DNA of 64,000 bases, from NCBI GenBank assembly GCA_963772365.1, contig CAVYXA010000001.1, positions 1,280,001 through 1,344,000 of the forward strand, given 5' to 3'. Within the stretch, counting starts at the first letter, position 1, and every line of letters begins with the position of its first letter. The notes beneath the pieces were generated by a model that did no database searches, was not told the origin of the DNA, and saw nothing but the letters and a program-made list of their open reading frames with translations. The position numbers were made by a program, and so were the translations under genes. Source of the stretch: an uncultured Verrucomicrobiae bacterium (GTDB lineage Bacteria; Verrucomicrobiota; Verrucomicrobiia; Chthoniobacterales; UBA10450). This document shows positions 9,868 to 21,885 of this stretch, one piece after another.

Positions 9868-11526
9868 GTGCGAAAATTAGTTCACCGCCCGCGCCGATTG
9901 CGCCGGTCCCCTGCCCTGCGCAATCTCGTTCGGGAAACAATTCTCAATCCGCACGATTTCGTGCTGCCGCTTTTCGTGAGCGAGAAGATCGACAAACGCC
10001 GCCCGATCGCCACCATGCCTGGCGTTTCACAATTGTCGATCAATGAAATTGTCGAAGAGGCACGGCGCGCTCAGGATCTCGGTCTCCAGGCCATTTTGCT
10101 TTTTGGAATTCCGGAGAAGAAAGACGAGCAGGCCAGCGAGGCTTACGCCAAAGATGGAGTCGTGCAGGGAGCAGTCCGCGCCATCAAATCGAAGTGTCCG
10201 GAACTGGTCGTGATCACCGATGTTTGTTTGTGCGAATACATGAGTCATGGCCATTGCGGCGTCATGCGCATCGATGGCGATCATTTTCACGTGCTCAATG
10301 ATGAGACTGTCGATCTTCTGGTGAAAACCGCGGTGTCCCATGCCGCTGCCGGCGCAGACATGGTTGCGCCGAGCGACATGATGGACGGACGGATCGGCGC
10401 GATTCGCGAAGCGCTCGATTCAAATGGCTTTAATGAAACCGGTATCATGAGTTACGCGGCCAAGTTTGCCTCCGCATTCTATAGTCCGTTTCGCGATGCA
10501 GCCGAGAACGCGCCGCAATTTGGCGATCGGCGGTCTTATCAGATGGATTATGCGAACGCCGAAGAAGCGATTCGCGAAGTAGCCCTCGATGTCGATGAAG
10601 GCGCCGACATCGTGATGGTCAAGCCAGCCCTGCCCTACCTCGATATTCTCTGGCGCGTCCACGAACGCTTCGGCAAGCCGACCGCCGTCTATCATGTCAG
10701 CGGCGAATACGCCATGATCAAAGCCGCTGCCGAAAAAGGTTTATTGGATGAACGCGCCGCCGTTCTGGAAGTGACAACCGCCCTCAAGCGCGCCGGCGCA
10801 GACCTGATCGTCACCTATTGGGCTTGCGAGCTGGCGCAATGGACGCGGCCGGTAAAAATTCGCCGCGGCGAAAGCGAAACTCATGCGCGCCTGAAACGCC
10901 TCGCCTTTGCCTGGGCGCAAGCGAACGGTTACTCCGCGTGCGCAATGGAAGTGCGGGTGCCGAAATGTCGTTACCGGGCCGATGTCGCCGCCTATCAGCC
11001 CCAAAAGGAAAGTCTAGGATCGACAGCGATCTTCGAGTGCAAACAAGCCATGCCCGATTTGCGGCGGGACAACTGCGACGTCATGGCGACTCGTGAACGG
11101 TTGGAAAGCGTCTGCCGCCGGCGGACCATTCTCGAAAAGCATCTGCGGATTCATTTTCCGAATCTTCGAATCGCTGATTCGCTATTTCCGGAATTCGATT
11201 CGCACAATTTCGCCGCCATCCAACACCGCGGCTACAACCGCGTGTTACGGGAACTAAACGCGCTTCAAAATCGTCTCTACGATTGCACAAAGTTCGACAA
11301 ACTGAGCCGCTATCGCTGCGCAAACCTGCTGTTTTTAGTTTTGCCTCGCGATTTATTTCGGGAATCAGAAGTACCAGTCGGTTGGGGAGCGCTCGTCGAA
11401 TCCGACGGCGAACTCGTGCTCGCCCGCAAACCGGTCCGGCAGGACAACAGCGCTGAAATCCGCTTGCAGCTCTTACAACGAATCGCGGCTGCCGGCACTC
11501 GCGCGTTGAATCGACAATTGCTCTAG
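9868..11526 (+). CDS. hemB: Porphobilinogen synthase fused in frame to a C-terminal PD-(D/E)XK (MmcB-like) domain
   Basis: RPRRLR, DVCLCEYMSHGHCG, APSDMMDGR, MVKPALPYLD in the first ~325 aa; the following ~225 aa contain EVRVP..RADVAAY..IFECK. Confidence 0.85.
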   Translation: MRKLVHRPRRLRRSPALRNLVRETILNPHDFVLPLFVSEKIDKRRPIATMPGVSQLSINEIVEEARRAQDLGLQAILLFGIPEKKDEQASEAYAKDGVVQGAVRAIKSKCPELVVITDVCLCEYMSHGHCGVMRIDGDHFHVLNDETVDLLVKTAVSHAAAGADMVAPSDMMDGRIGAIREALDSNGFNETGIMSYAAKFASAFYSPFRDAAENAPQFGDRRSYQMDYANAEEAIREVALDVDEGADIVMVKPALPYLDILWRVHERFGKPTAVYHVSGEYAMIKAAAEKGLLDERAAVLEVTTALKRAGADLIVTYWACELAQWTRPVKIRRGESETHARLKRLAFAWAQANGYSACAMEVRVPKCRYRADVAAYQPQKESLGSTAIFECKQAMPDLRRDNCDVMATRERLESVCRRRTILEKHLRIHFPNLRIADSLFPEFDSHNFAAIQHRGYNRVLRELNALQNRLYDCTKFDKLSRYRCANLLFLVLPRDLFRESEVPVGWGALVESDGELVLARKPVRQDNSAEIRLQLLQRIAAAGTRALNRQLL

Positions 11527-12026
11527 CCAGCGTTGGACAGAACGAAGACGTTCGTGGGGAACCCGCGAAACATTGTTTGTTTCTCCAATTTCATGCCGAC
11601 TTTCTCGGCAACGCGCCGGGATGGGACATTATCCGGGTGAATCAGCGAGATGACTCGCGGCAGCTTCAAATCATGAACGCCGTGATCGCGCACGGCCCGG
11701 GCGCCTTCCGTCGCCAAACCGAGGTTCCAGTAATCTGGATGCAATCGATAACCGATCTCAATTTCGTTCGTACCATCGACAATTTGATGAAAAAACCCGC
11801 AGTAACCGATTAGCGCACCGGTTTCACGGTCGATCACCGCAAATTGCGATGGCAACCGATCTCGATTCCAGCCCAGGATTTTTTCCAAGAACGCCTTCGT
11901 TTTGTCGCGAGTGAAAACTCCAGTTGAGAAACGCATGAAACCGGGATTGGCCATGAGGTCGGCCAATCGATCCACATCTTGCTTACAGAACGGACGCAGA
12001 ATCAGGCGCTCGGTTTCTAAAATCAT
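11523..12026 (-). CDS. GNAT N-acetyltransferase, RimJ/RimL type
   Basis: LETERLILRPF, EIGYRLHPDYWNLGLATE, NVPSRRVAEKVGM. Confidence 0.9.
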   Translation of the reverse strand: MILETERLILRPFCKQDVDRLADLMANPGFMRFSTGVFTRDKTKAFLEKILGWNRDRLPSQFAVIDRETGALIGYCGFFHQIVDGTNEIEIGYRLHPDYWNLGLATEGARAVRDHGVHDLKLPRVISLIHPDNVPSRRVAEKVGMKLEKQTMFRGFPTNVFVLSNAG

Positions 12027-12033
12027 TTCAAGG

Positions 12034-12061
12034 CGGCGACGCTCATAGAGCGCCGCTACAG
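12034..12061. repeat. GTAG-type REP-like palindrome (single arm)
   Basis: cggcgacgctcatagagcgccgCTACag; its TAG is the punA stop codon. Confidence 0.65.
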
Positions 12062-12832
12062 CAACGGAAGAGCGGCTTCCAGTAATCGGCGAAAAGTTCC
12101 AGCGGCTTTCTCGGCGGTTTCCAGAACTTCTTCATGACTGAGCGCTGTACCCGAAAATCCCGCCGCCAGATTCGTTAGACAGGAAAACCCCGCCACTTCG
12201 ATGCCAATCGCGCATGCTTGGATGGTTTCCAGCACAGTCGACATCCCGATCGCATCGGCGCCGAGTTTTCGCAGCATCCGCACCTCGGCTGGTGTTTCGT
12301 ATTGCGGGCCGAGCACGCCGGCATAAACGCCTTCGCGCAATACCATGTCGATCTTGCGCGCGGCTTTCCGAAAGCTCTCAAGCCATCGCGGCGAGAAAAC
12401 TGCCGTCAGATCGACAAGTTCCGTCGTTCCCAGCAATGGGGTAGTTCCAGTGAGATTGATCTGATCGGTGATCATCATCCAGTCCTCCGGCTTGAATTTT
12501 GGATTGGTCGCGCCGGCGGCATTCGTGAGGATGATTTTGTCAATTCCGGCATCGGCCAAAATGCGAATCCCGGCGGTTACATCGCGAGCCGATAATCCTT
12601 CATAAAGATGGACGCGGCCTTGCGCAAAAATCACGCGCTCATCGCCGATCTGATCAAGAATGAAACGTCCGGCATGTCCGGGCACAGATGGCTGAGGTAT
12701 CTCCGGGAATTTGCTGTAGTCGATCAGTTGATCACTCGCGGGTTCGCCGACGACCGAACTCAACCCAGATCCGAGAACGATTGCGATTTTGGCATTATGA
12801 GCCCGGAGCCGTTCCAAAGCAGGATTTTGCAT
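12056..12832 (-). CDS. punA: Purine-nucleoside phosphorylase (trimeric type)
   Basis: IVLGSGL, VPGHAG, GRVHLYEG, TNAAG, GPQYETPAE, GMSTV. Confidence 0.93.
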   Translation of the reverse strand: MQNPALERLRAHNAKIAIVLGSGLSSVVGEPASDQLIDYSKFPEIPQPSVPGHAGRFILDQIGDERVIFAQGRVHLYEGLSARDVTAGIRILADAGIDKIILTNAAGATNPKFKPEDWMMITDQINLTGTTPLLGTTELVDLTAVFSPRWLESFRKAARKIDMVLREGVYAGVLGPQYETPAEVRMLRKLGADAIGMSTVLETIQACAIGIEVAGFSCLTNLAAGFSGTALSHEEVLETAEKAAGTFRRLLEAALPLL

Positions 12833-12836
12833 GGCT

Positions 12837-12926
12837 GTCATCCTGAGCGAAGGGAAGGATCTCCACTCATTTCGAACGCACCCAATCCAGAAATGGCGCG
12901 AGATGTTTCGCTCCGCTCAACATGAC
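12837..12926. repeat. GTCAT...ATGAC REP-like element, copy 1
   Basis: gtcatcctgagcgaagggaaggatctc ... gagatgtttcgctccgctcaacatgac. Confidence 0.85.
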
Positions 12927-12934
12927 CGCGAAAA

Positions 12935-14575
12935 CTATGCAGCCGAGACCGGTGGCGCGCTGGCCGGTTTTCGCGTCTCAGCCATCACGTCAGGCCGGAT
13001 TCCTTCCTCGCGGGTGCTGATCGTGCGCGGGGGCTGTTTGGGATAGGCGATCCGGCTGTGCAACATCGTCATGAGCGTGAACTGGAAGCGCTCGGCGATT
13101 ACCTTGAGCTCGCCCAAAGTCAGATCGCACTCGTCCAGTTGACCGTCGGCAATTCGTTCTTCGATCAATTCGCGCACCAACTGGTCGATCTTTTGCGGCG
13201 TCGGCTTTTCCAAGCTTCGCGATGCGCCCTCGACGATATCGGCCAGACTAACGATCGCGCTCTCCTTCGTTTGCGGCTTCGGGCCGCCGTAGCGGAAATT
13301 CGATTCCTGCACGTCGGGGATGTCTTCCTCGCGGATGTTAGTGATTTTTCCATCTGCCCGCGCCTCCTCCTGCTGTTGAATGGCCCGCTGGTAAAAGTAA
13401 TAAACCAGTGACGTGCCATGGTGCTCCTGAATGATGTCGATGATGCGCTGGTTGAGTTTGTATTTGAGCGCGAGATCGACACCTTCTTTCACGTGCGCAA
13501 TGATGATTAATGCGCTCATTGTCGGCGCGAGATCGTCGTGCGGATTGCGTTCGAAATTCATGTTCTCAGTGAAATATTCCGGCTTCACCAATTTGCCGAC
13601 ATCGTGAAAGTACGAGCAAACGCGGCAAAGCGTGGCGTTCGCGCCAATCGCTTCGCCAGCCGCCTCGGCCAGGTTCGCGACGACCAGGCTGTGATGATAC
13701 GTGCCAGGCGCTTCGATTGTCATTCGCCGGAGCAAGGGGTGATTGAGGTCGGACATTTCCAGCCACGAAATATCCGTGGTGACTTGAAATATCTGCTCGA
13801 GTATGGGCAGCGTGCCGCCCACTACCATTGCCGTAACGATGCCGTTGCCGACAGCCAGCCCGCTCTGGAGACCGATCAATTCCCAATCGTTCGCCATCGG
13901 AGGGAAGAAATCGATCGGGCCGATAAAACCGAACGTGAGCGATAACAACCAGATCGCAACGCCGACGCCGACACCGGCTCGGATCAGCCGGCTACGCCGT
14001 CGCACTTGCAACGTCAGATAGACGGCAGTGAAACCGCTGATTAAACAACAGACCAAAAGCGGCGCGTTAATGGTTCCAAAGAGGATGCTGCTCCATAGAC
14101 TCACAGATACCGCCGCGTAAAGACCGTGGTTGCGTCCGAGTAAGACACTCAGCACCAGTGGAGCAAACGCATACGGCGCAATCAGCACTCCCATTCCGGG
14201 TTTCAAAAATCCAAACGTGCCGTTATTGCAGAGGACGATCAGTAACTTCGTCGCGGCGAGTTGCGCGAAAATGATTCCGAAGACGAGAAGCACGAGGGAA
14301 TTTTGCGCGAATGTTTTCGGCTGATTGATCCAAAGCTGGGTGACGGCGATACCCAGAAAAAGCAGCGAAATGATGAAATTCTTCGTCGGCTCCGATTCCT
14401 GTCCGCTGAAGATGAGAAACGCCAATCCGACTACAAACGCAGCCAGAATGAACACCTTTACGTAGCCGGCACTTTGAAGGTTTTGCAGCAGTTCGTTGCG
14501 CGTCCGTCGACGCCGCAGTTTTCGCGACGCCCAGCCTCGCCTTATCAACCGTCCGCGCTTTAGAAAATCAAACAT
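12935..14575 (-). CDS. 7TM-HD family phosphohydrolase (PgpH-like)
   Basis: Multiple TM helices, then EAPGTYHHS, YFHDVGK, IIAHVKEG, EHHGT, YGGPKPQTKE, LADIVE. Confidence 0.9.
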   Translation of the reverse strand: MFDFLKRGRLIRRGWASRKLRRRRTRNELLQNLQSAGYVKVFILAAFVVGLAFLIFSGQESEPTKNFIISLLFLGIAVTQLWINQPKTFAQNSLVLLVFGIIFAQLAATKLLIVLCNNGTFGFLKPGMGVLIAPYAFAPLVLSVLLGRNHGLYAAVSVSLWSSILFGTINAPLLVCCLISGFTAVYLTLQVRRRSRLIRAGVGVGVAIWLLSLTFGFIGPIDFFPPMANDWELIGLQSGLAVGNGIVTAMVVGGTLPILEQIFQVTTDISWLEMSDLNHPLLRRMTIEAPGTYHHSLVVANLAEAAGEAIGANATLCRVCSYFHDVGKLVKPEYFTENMNFERNPHDDLAPTMSALIIIAHVKEGVDLALKYKLNQRIIDIIQEHHGTSLVYYFYQRAIQQQEEARADGKITNIREEDIPDVQESNFRYGGPKPQTKESAIVSLADIVEGASRSLEKPTPQKIDQLVRELIEERIADGQLDECDLTLGELKVIAERFQFTLMTMLHSRIAYPKQPPRTISTREEGIRPDVMAETRKPASAPPVSAA

Positions 14576-14599
14576 GCCAGTGGGAGAAAATTGTCGATC

Positions 14600-15574
14600 C
14601 TATTTTCGGCTCGGCGGCGCAGGCGACCGATGTTGTTGGTAAGCGTTAATAATGGCGCGCACGAGTTCATGCCGAACAACATCGCGTTCGGTGAAGTAAA
14701 CAGTCGCAATACCGGGGATGTTTTTCAATGCTTGAAGAGCTTCGACGACGCCGGAGCGTTTGTTGGCTGGAAGGTCGATCTGAGTTACGTCGCCCGTGAC
14801 CACGCATTTGGAATTGAGCCCGATACGGGTTAGCAACATGAACATTTGCTCCATAGTTGTATTCTGCGCTTCATCGAGGATGACGAAGGCGTTATTCAAT
14901 GTCCGGCCCCGCATGTAGGCCAGCGGCGCGACCTCAATGATCTGCCGCGCCATCGCTCGTTCCAATTCCTCAGGGTCTAACATGTCGCGCAATGCATCAT
15001 TAAGCGGCCGCAGATACGGCGTGATTTTTTGTTCGAGATCGCCCGGCAGAAATCCGAGCGCTTCGCCCGCTTCCACCGCTGGCCGGGTCAAAATGATTCG
15101 GGCAACTTCTTCTTTTTTCAGGGCGGCGACGGCCATCGCCACGGCCAGATAGGTTTTGCCAGTGCCGGCCGGACCGATCCCAAAAACCACATCGTGTTTC
15201 TGAATTGCCTCGACATAAGCGCGCTGGTTTGCGCTTCGGGCCATGATGGGCGCCTTGCGCGAGGATGTGACAATCTTTGTCGAAGCTAATTCGCCCAGGT
15301 TCTCGGGCCGCTCTTCGCTGACGGAACTCAAAGTGTAATTAAATTCATGTTTCTGAATCGGGACGCCTTGTTTGCGAGCTTCGTCGAGCTGCTGAAATAC
15401 CTGCTCTGCCTTGTCGATCTTCTCCGGGTCGCCTTCCAGTTTCACCCAGCCTTCCCGGGTTGTGACTTTCACTCCCAGTTTGTCTTCGAGGTTCTTGAGC
15501 AGTTTGAGGTCATTCGCGTAAAGCGATTGCAAAGCGCGCGGACTCTCAAACTCTAATGTGCGTGTTTCCGTCAC
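14600..15574 (-). CDS. phoH: PhoH-family ATPase
   Basis: GPAGTGKT, RPAVEAGEALGFLPG, MRGRT, LDEAQN, GDVTQID. Confidence 0.95.
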   Translation of the reverse strand: MTETRTLEFESPRALQSLYANDLKLLKNLEDKLGVKVTTREGWVKLEGDPEKIDKAEQVFQQLDEARKQGVPIQKHEFNYTLSSVSEERPENLGELASTKIVTSSRKAPIMARSANQRAYVEAIQKHDVVFGIGPAGTGKTYLAVAMAVAALKKEEVARIILTRPAVEAGEALGFLPGDLEQKITPYLRPLNDALRDMLDPEELERAMARQIIEVAPLAYMRGRTLNNAFVILDEAQNTTMEQMFMLLTRIGLNSKCVVTGDVTQIDLPANKRSGVVEALQALKNIPGIATVYFTERDVVRHELVRAIINAYQQHRSPAPPSRK

Positions 15575-15589
15575 TTCGGATCAACCGAT

Positions 15590-16021
15590 CTAGCGGAATC
15601 CGTAAACAAGCGCCCAGTGTGTGCGTTCTTCGGGGGATTCCTCGACAGCGACAATAACAAAATAGCTGCCAGTGCTGTTGGGAATAATGTGCGCGGCTGC
15701 GAAATGTCCCTTTTGCCACCCATCGGGCTGCTCGGCCAGTTTTCCTTCCGAGTCGTAAATGTGCACGGAAATTTTGGCCCGATCGACTTCGGTGCCCATC
15801 CAAAACCAATATTCGTTTCCTTTGAATAATTGCTGGCGCACGGCCTTCTTTTCTCCCGCGCCCAGATCGCCTCCCCAATAATCTTCGCGCACCTGAAATC
15901 CTTCTTTGACGTAAGGCTCCGCCGCCTGAAGCGCGAACGATTGAGCGTCATCGACCGATCCGCCAGCCATTGGCGTAAGGGCGAGAATGGCGGCGAACAA
16001 CAGAAAGACGCGCATGGTCAT
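15590..16021 (-). CDS. Hypothetical secreted protein
   Basis: Signal-like MRVFLLFAAILALTPMAGG followed by a compact beta-rich domain; start uncertain (16015/16021). Confidence 0.7.
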   Translation of the reverse strand: MTMRVFLLFAAILALTPMAGGSVDDAQSFALQAAEPYVKEGFQVREDYWGGDLGAGEKKAVRQQLFKGNEYWFWMGTEVDRAKISVHIYDSEGKLAEQPDGWQKGHFAAAHIIPNSTGSYFVIVAVEESPEERTHWALVYGFR

Positions 16022-16074
16022 TCTGACTGAAGCAGTGGACTCTTGCATGGAGTAATACGGGGCCATCGCAGGAA

Positions 16075-16881
16075 TTATTCTCTGGTCACGATGCCATGAT
16101 CGAGACGCGTCGTGATGTCGTTAATTTTCTTGACCGACGTCGCGGAGATTTTCGTCGTCCCTCCGCTGATCAAAGGTTTCACGTCGCCGAGAGCGGTCTG
16201 GATCTGACGAACAATCGGCACATTATAGCGTTCCGGCATCGCCTGAAGCTGGGTCTGGAAATGATCCACCAGATCCGGCTGATGTAACAATTCGGCGCCA
16301 TCATGCGAAAACTGCTTCGAAACAACCGAGGTCAACACTTCCGTGCCGCGTAGCCACCCGCCCAGGCTCACCAGCTCGGATAATTTCTGGTCCTGCAATT
16401 CGTTCATCGCCTGCTGCACGCTGTTTTGGGTGCGGTCGAGTTCCTGCCGAACATTGTCCCAGCGTCTTTTATCGGCCGCATCGATGATCGCCTTGGCATG
16501 CGGCGTGATCGAGCTGCCCACGCCGATTTGTTTGGCCAACGCCAGAACCCGCTGACCGATGTCTTTGACAGTGGGCGCGTCCTGCGCCTGCACTGCAATG
16601 AATCCATCGGCAATCACCGTCCCCAGCAATAAAGCAACGCGCGGACGTTCGATAAAATTAGTTCCCTTATCGCTGCGGACATGTTCCTTCCAGTTCACCG
16701 TGCCCAGTTTATTCAGTGCGCTGAAAATTTCGTTCGGGAGCGGGACCACAACATCTTCGACGTTTTTGGATAGCCCTTTGATATCGACATGCTGCGGCGG
16801 CGCCTCGGCACCGGGCGCAGTCAGGGCAAACCCGACGGCGGCCAGCGCGCTCAGTTTTAGGAATCTAGGAAATAGGATCAT
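16075..16881 (-). CDS. Hypothetical secreted helical protein
   Basis: Signal peptide (LSALAAVGFALTAPGAEA), 268-aa ORF in an apparent operon. Confidence 0.75.
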   Translation of the reverse strand: MILFPRFLKLSALAAVGFALTAPGAEAPPQHVDIKGLSKNVEDVVVPLPNEIFSALNKLGTVNWKEHVRSDKGTNFIERPRVALLLGTVIADGFIAVQAQDAPTVKDIGQRVLALAKQIGVGSSITPHAKAIIDAADKRRWDNVRQELDRTQNSVQQAMNELQDQKLSELVSLGGWLRGTEVLTSVVSKQFSHDGAELLHQPDLVDHFQTQLQAMPERYNVPIVRQIQTALGDVKPLISGGTTKISATSVKKINDITTRLDHGIVTRE

Positions 16882-17032
16882 TACGAGCTTCGACTGTTGA
16901 TTTCGTCTTGGTATTCAGGATTAATGGAGCAACTCTAAGCAGAACCTTCGCTTCACACAAATTGCCTTCGATAGTTGATCCTTGTAAATCGAATGATCGT
17001 CCTGTCCCGGCGGTATCGGGCCTCCTTTTGCT

Positions 17033-18046
17033 ATGGATTTAACCACATTGCAGCAAATTCTCGGCCGGGCCTCGGCCAAACGGATCGTTGTCATCGGCGA
17101 TCTGATGCTGGATGAATTCGTTTGGGGAAAGGTTGGCCGGATTTCGCCGGAAGCACCGGTGCCGGTTGTCGAAGTCACCGGCGAATCATTTTATCCCGGC
17201 GGCGCCGCCAATGTTGCTCGCAATCTCCGTGAGTTTGTCGATCACGTCGCGATCATCGGAATGATCGGCCAGGATCAGAGGGGCGACCAACTGCGTGCCC
17301 TTTTGGGCCAATGCAAGATCGACATCGCGGATGCGGTGGGCGATCAGACTTTTCACACCATCGTCAAGACCCGCATCATCGCTAGGAATCAACAGGTCGT
17401 TCGAGTCGATCGCGAAAAAATTGTCAAGCCGTCCTCTGCCCAAATCACAAGCGTTGTCGAGGCGATCCGAACAAATCTTGCCAAGACCGACGCCATCATT
17501 TTCGAAGATTACGGCAAAGGTTTTCTGGACCGCGAATTAGTATCGCAAATCGCCCGGGATGCCGTTTCGGCGGGAAAGATCGTCGCGGCCGATCCAAATC
17601 CGCACAATCTCATCGAGTGGAATAAGATTACCGCGGTAAAACCAAATCGTGCCGAAGCGTTCCAGGCCGCAGGAATTCCTTGGCGCGATCCGGGCGGCTC
17701 ACCCGTCGACGATGTCGATCTTAAAACGGCCGGCGAAACATTGCTCAAGAAGTGGGGCTGCAAGAATCTGCTGATTACGCTCGGCGAACACGGCATGATG
17801 CTCTTCGAACAAAATAAGCAGCCGCATCATATCCCCACCAAAGCCCGCCAGGTCTTCGATGTCTCCGGCGCCGGCGATACCGCCATTGCCTTGTTCACTC
17901 TCGCTCTGGCCTGCGATGCCACGCCTGTCGAAGCAGCCGAAATCGCCAATCACGCCAGCGCCGTTGTGGTGGGCAAGCTGGGAACTGCGACCGTGACACG
18001 CGATGAACTCATCGCCAGTTTCGAAAATGATACCCAAGCGTTGTAG
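17033..18046 (+). CDS. rfaE1: D-glycero-beta-D-manno-heptose-7-phosphate kinase (HldE kinase domain, standalone)
   Basis: GDLMLDEF, RISPEAPVPV, GGAANVA, DYGKG, VFDVSGAGDT, VVGKLGTA. Confidence 0.92.
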   Translation: MDLTTLQQILGRASAKRIVVIGDLMLDEFVWGKVGRISPEAPVPVVEVTGESFYPGGAANVARNLREFVDHVAIIGMIGQDQRGDQLRALLGQCKIDIADAVGDQTFHTIVKTRIIARNQQVVRVDREKIVKPSSAQITSVVEAIRTNLAKTDAIIFEDYGKGFLDRELVSQIARDAVSAGKIVAADPNPHNLIEWNKITAVKPNRAEAFQAAGIPWRDPGGSPVDDVDLKTAGETLLKKWGCKNLLITLGEHGMMLFEQNKQPHHIPTKARQVFDVSGAGDTAIALFTLALACDATPVEAAEIANHASAVVVGKLGTATVTRDELIASFENDTQAL

Positions 18047-18119
18047 CGTCTGCTGTCCTCAGCGAATGAATTGCCCGCGTCAGACTCAACCGGTACGCTC
18101 GGGAGAGCGCACGCTACAG
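18041..18119. repeat. GTAG-type REP-like pair
   Basis: ttGTAGcgtctgc ... cgcacgCTACag; the TAG is the rfaE1 stop codon. Confidence 0.65.
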
Positions 18120-18130
18120 CATTGCTCGCA

Positions 18131-18654
18131 TTGAAATTGCCCACCGTTTTTCTCGATCGGGACGGCACAATCATGCGCGACGCCGATTATTGTTCCGATC
18201 CCAAAGACGTCGAAGTCTTCCCCGATGCGTCGAAAGCGTTACGCCGCCTAAAGACAAAAGGGTTCAAGCTAATCATCATCACAAACCAGAGCGGAATCGG
18301 GCGCGGCTTTTTCACTCTGGAGCAATATCGCGCCGTCGAAGCCGAAGTGCTAGGTCAACTGGGCGACGGTTTAATCGATGCGACCTATTTTTGCCCGCAT
18401 CGACCGGACGAGAATTGCAAATGCCGCAAGCCCGCGCCGGAAATGATTTTGCAAGCCGCGCGCGAACACGATGTCGATCTTACGCGATCGTTTTTCATTG
18501 GCGATAAATCGAGCGACATCGAATCCGGTCGTGCCGCCGGCCTGAAAACGATTCTGGTTCGGACCGGCTACGGGAGGCAAATCGATGAACAATTGGCTGA
18601 CTTCGTGGCCGATGATCTTGGAGAAGCTGCTGATTCGATCTTGAAAACTGCTTC

Positions 18655-18658
<4 letters not shown>
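18131..18658 (+). CDS. gmhB: D-glycero-D-manno-heptose 1,7-bisphosphate phosphatase
   Basis: FLDRDGT, TNQSGIGRG, CPH..CKCRKP, IGDK..D; TTG start is approximate. Confidence 0.9.
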
Positions 18659-21068
<2,410 letters not shown>

Positions 21069-21083
21069 GCCACTAAGAGAGCT

Positions 21084-21429
21084 ATGACCGAAAAAGAACT
21101 TGCAGTTCGACTAGTGCGGCACGGGATCGCGACACAGCGACGAACGCCGAATGAACATGCCGAGGCGAACCAAGATGCGGAAGTTAAGGCATCCGGCAAC
21201 GCCGCCACAGCTAACGCTCTTGAGTTCCTCGGCAAGCACTCTGTAGTCGCGGACGTTCAGCCCACTTTCGGCAGCGCCGGTATTGGTTTCGCCTACACGA
21301 TTGCTCCGCAGTTCGTCCAAGAGCTTACCACGGACGACGCGATAGATTCCCGCATTGAGGTACTTTTTAGTGACCCGAAGACCGAGACTGGCGACACCAT
21401 CCACGCACTATCGAGCGGTTGCGAGCGTC
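21084..21429 (+). pseudogene. Truncated orphan cassette gene
   Basis: ATG 14 nt after GTTAGGC; the frame runs into a hicA-like remnant and overlaps hicB out of frame. Confidence 0.5.
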
Positions 21430-21453
21430 AAGCAGGCTGGCCTGAAGTACTGA
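21430..21453 (+). pseudogene. 3' remnant of a HicA toxin gene
   Basis: aag cag gct ggc ctg aag tac tga = KQAGLKY*, a typical HicA C-terminus, 4 nt before the hicB ATG. Confidence 0.55.
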
Positions 21454-21457
21454 TCAC

Positions 21458-21673
21458 ATGCGATACGCCATTGTCCTTGAGCGCGGGCCCACAAGCTACG
21501 GAGCGTATGTGCCGGATCTGCCGGGTTGCGTAGCAGCGGCGGAGACGCGCGACGAGGCGCTTCGCCTAATCCGCGAGGCGATCGAGTTCCATATCGAGGA
21601 GATGGAGGCAGATGGCATTGCTGTTCCGGAGCCAGCATCGAGCGCCGAGTATGTTGAGATCGCCAAGGCCTAA
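21458..21673 (+). CDS. hicB: HicB-family antitoxin (short form)
   Basis: YAIVLE..SYGAYVPDLPGCVAAAETRDEAL..IREAIEFHIE. Confidence 0.92.
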   Translation: MRYAIVLERGPTSYGAYVPDLPGCVAAAETRDEALRLIREAIEFHIEEMEADGIAVPEPASSAEYVEIAKA

Positions 21674-21882
21674 CCATCCAATGGAGTGAACCCCAAAAGC
21701 ATTCGGGCTGTACTCTCCACTTGTGAGATGACTTCCAAACTTCCACTCCGAGCCACGCATGCTCTCGCTCGGATTGTATCCGAGGCCTCGGCTTCCCTGG
21801 TGCGACTCGCCGCTTCGCGCTCGCGCACCCCCGACGTATTGTTATTCAACGGTGGCCGTCGCTCATCTTGTTCTCGTTAGAT
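21668..21882 (+). other. attC-like recombination site (unusually long, 215 bp)
   Basis: R'' GCCTAAC, 5-nt spacer, L'' AATGGAGT; L' GCTCATC pairs with L'' leaving one extra G; R' GTTAGAT. Confidence 0.75.
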
Positions 21883-21885
21883 CCC

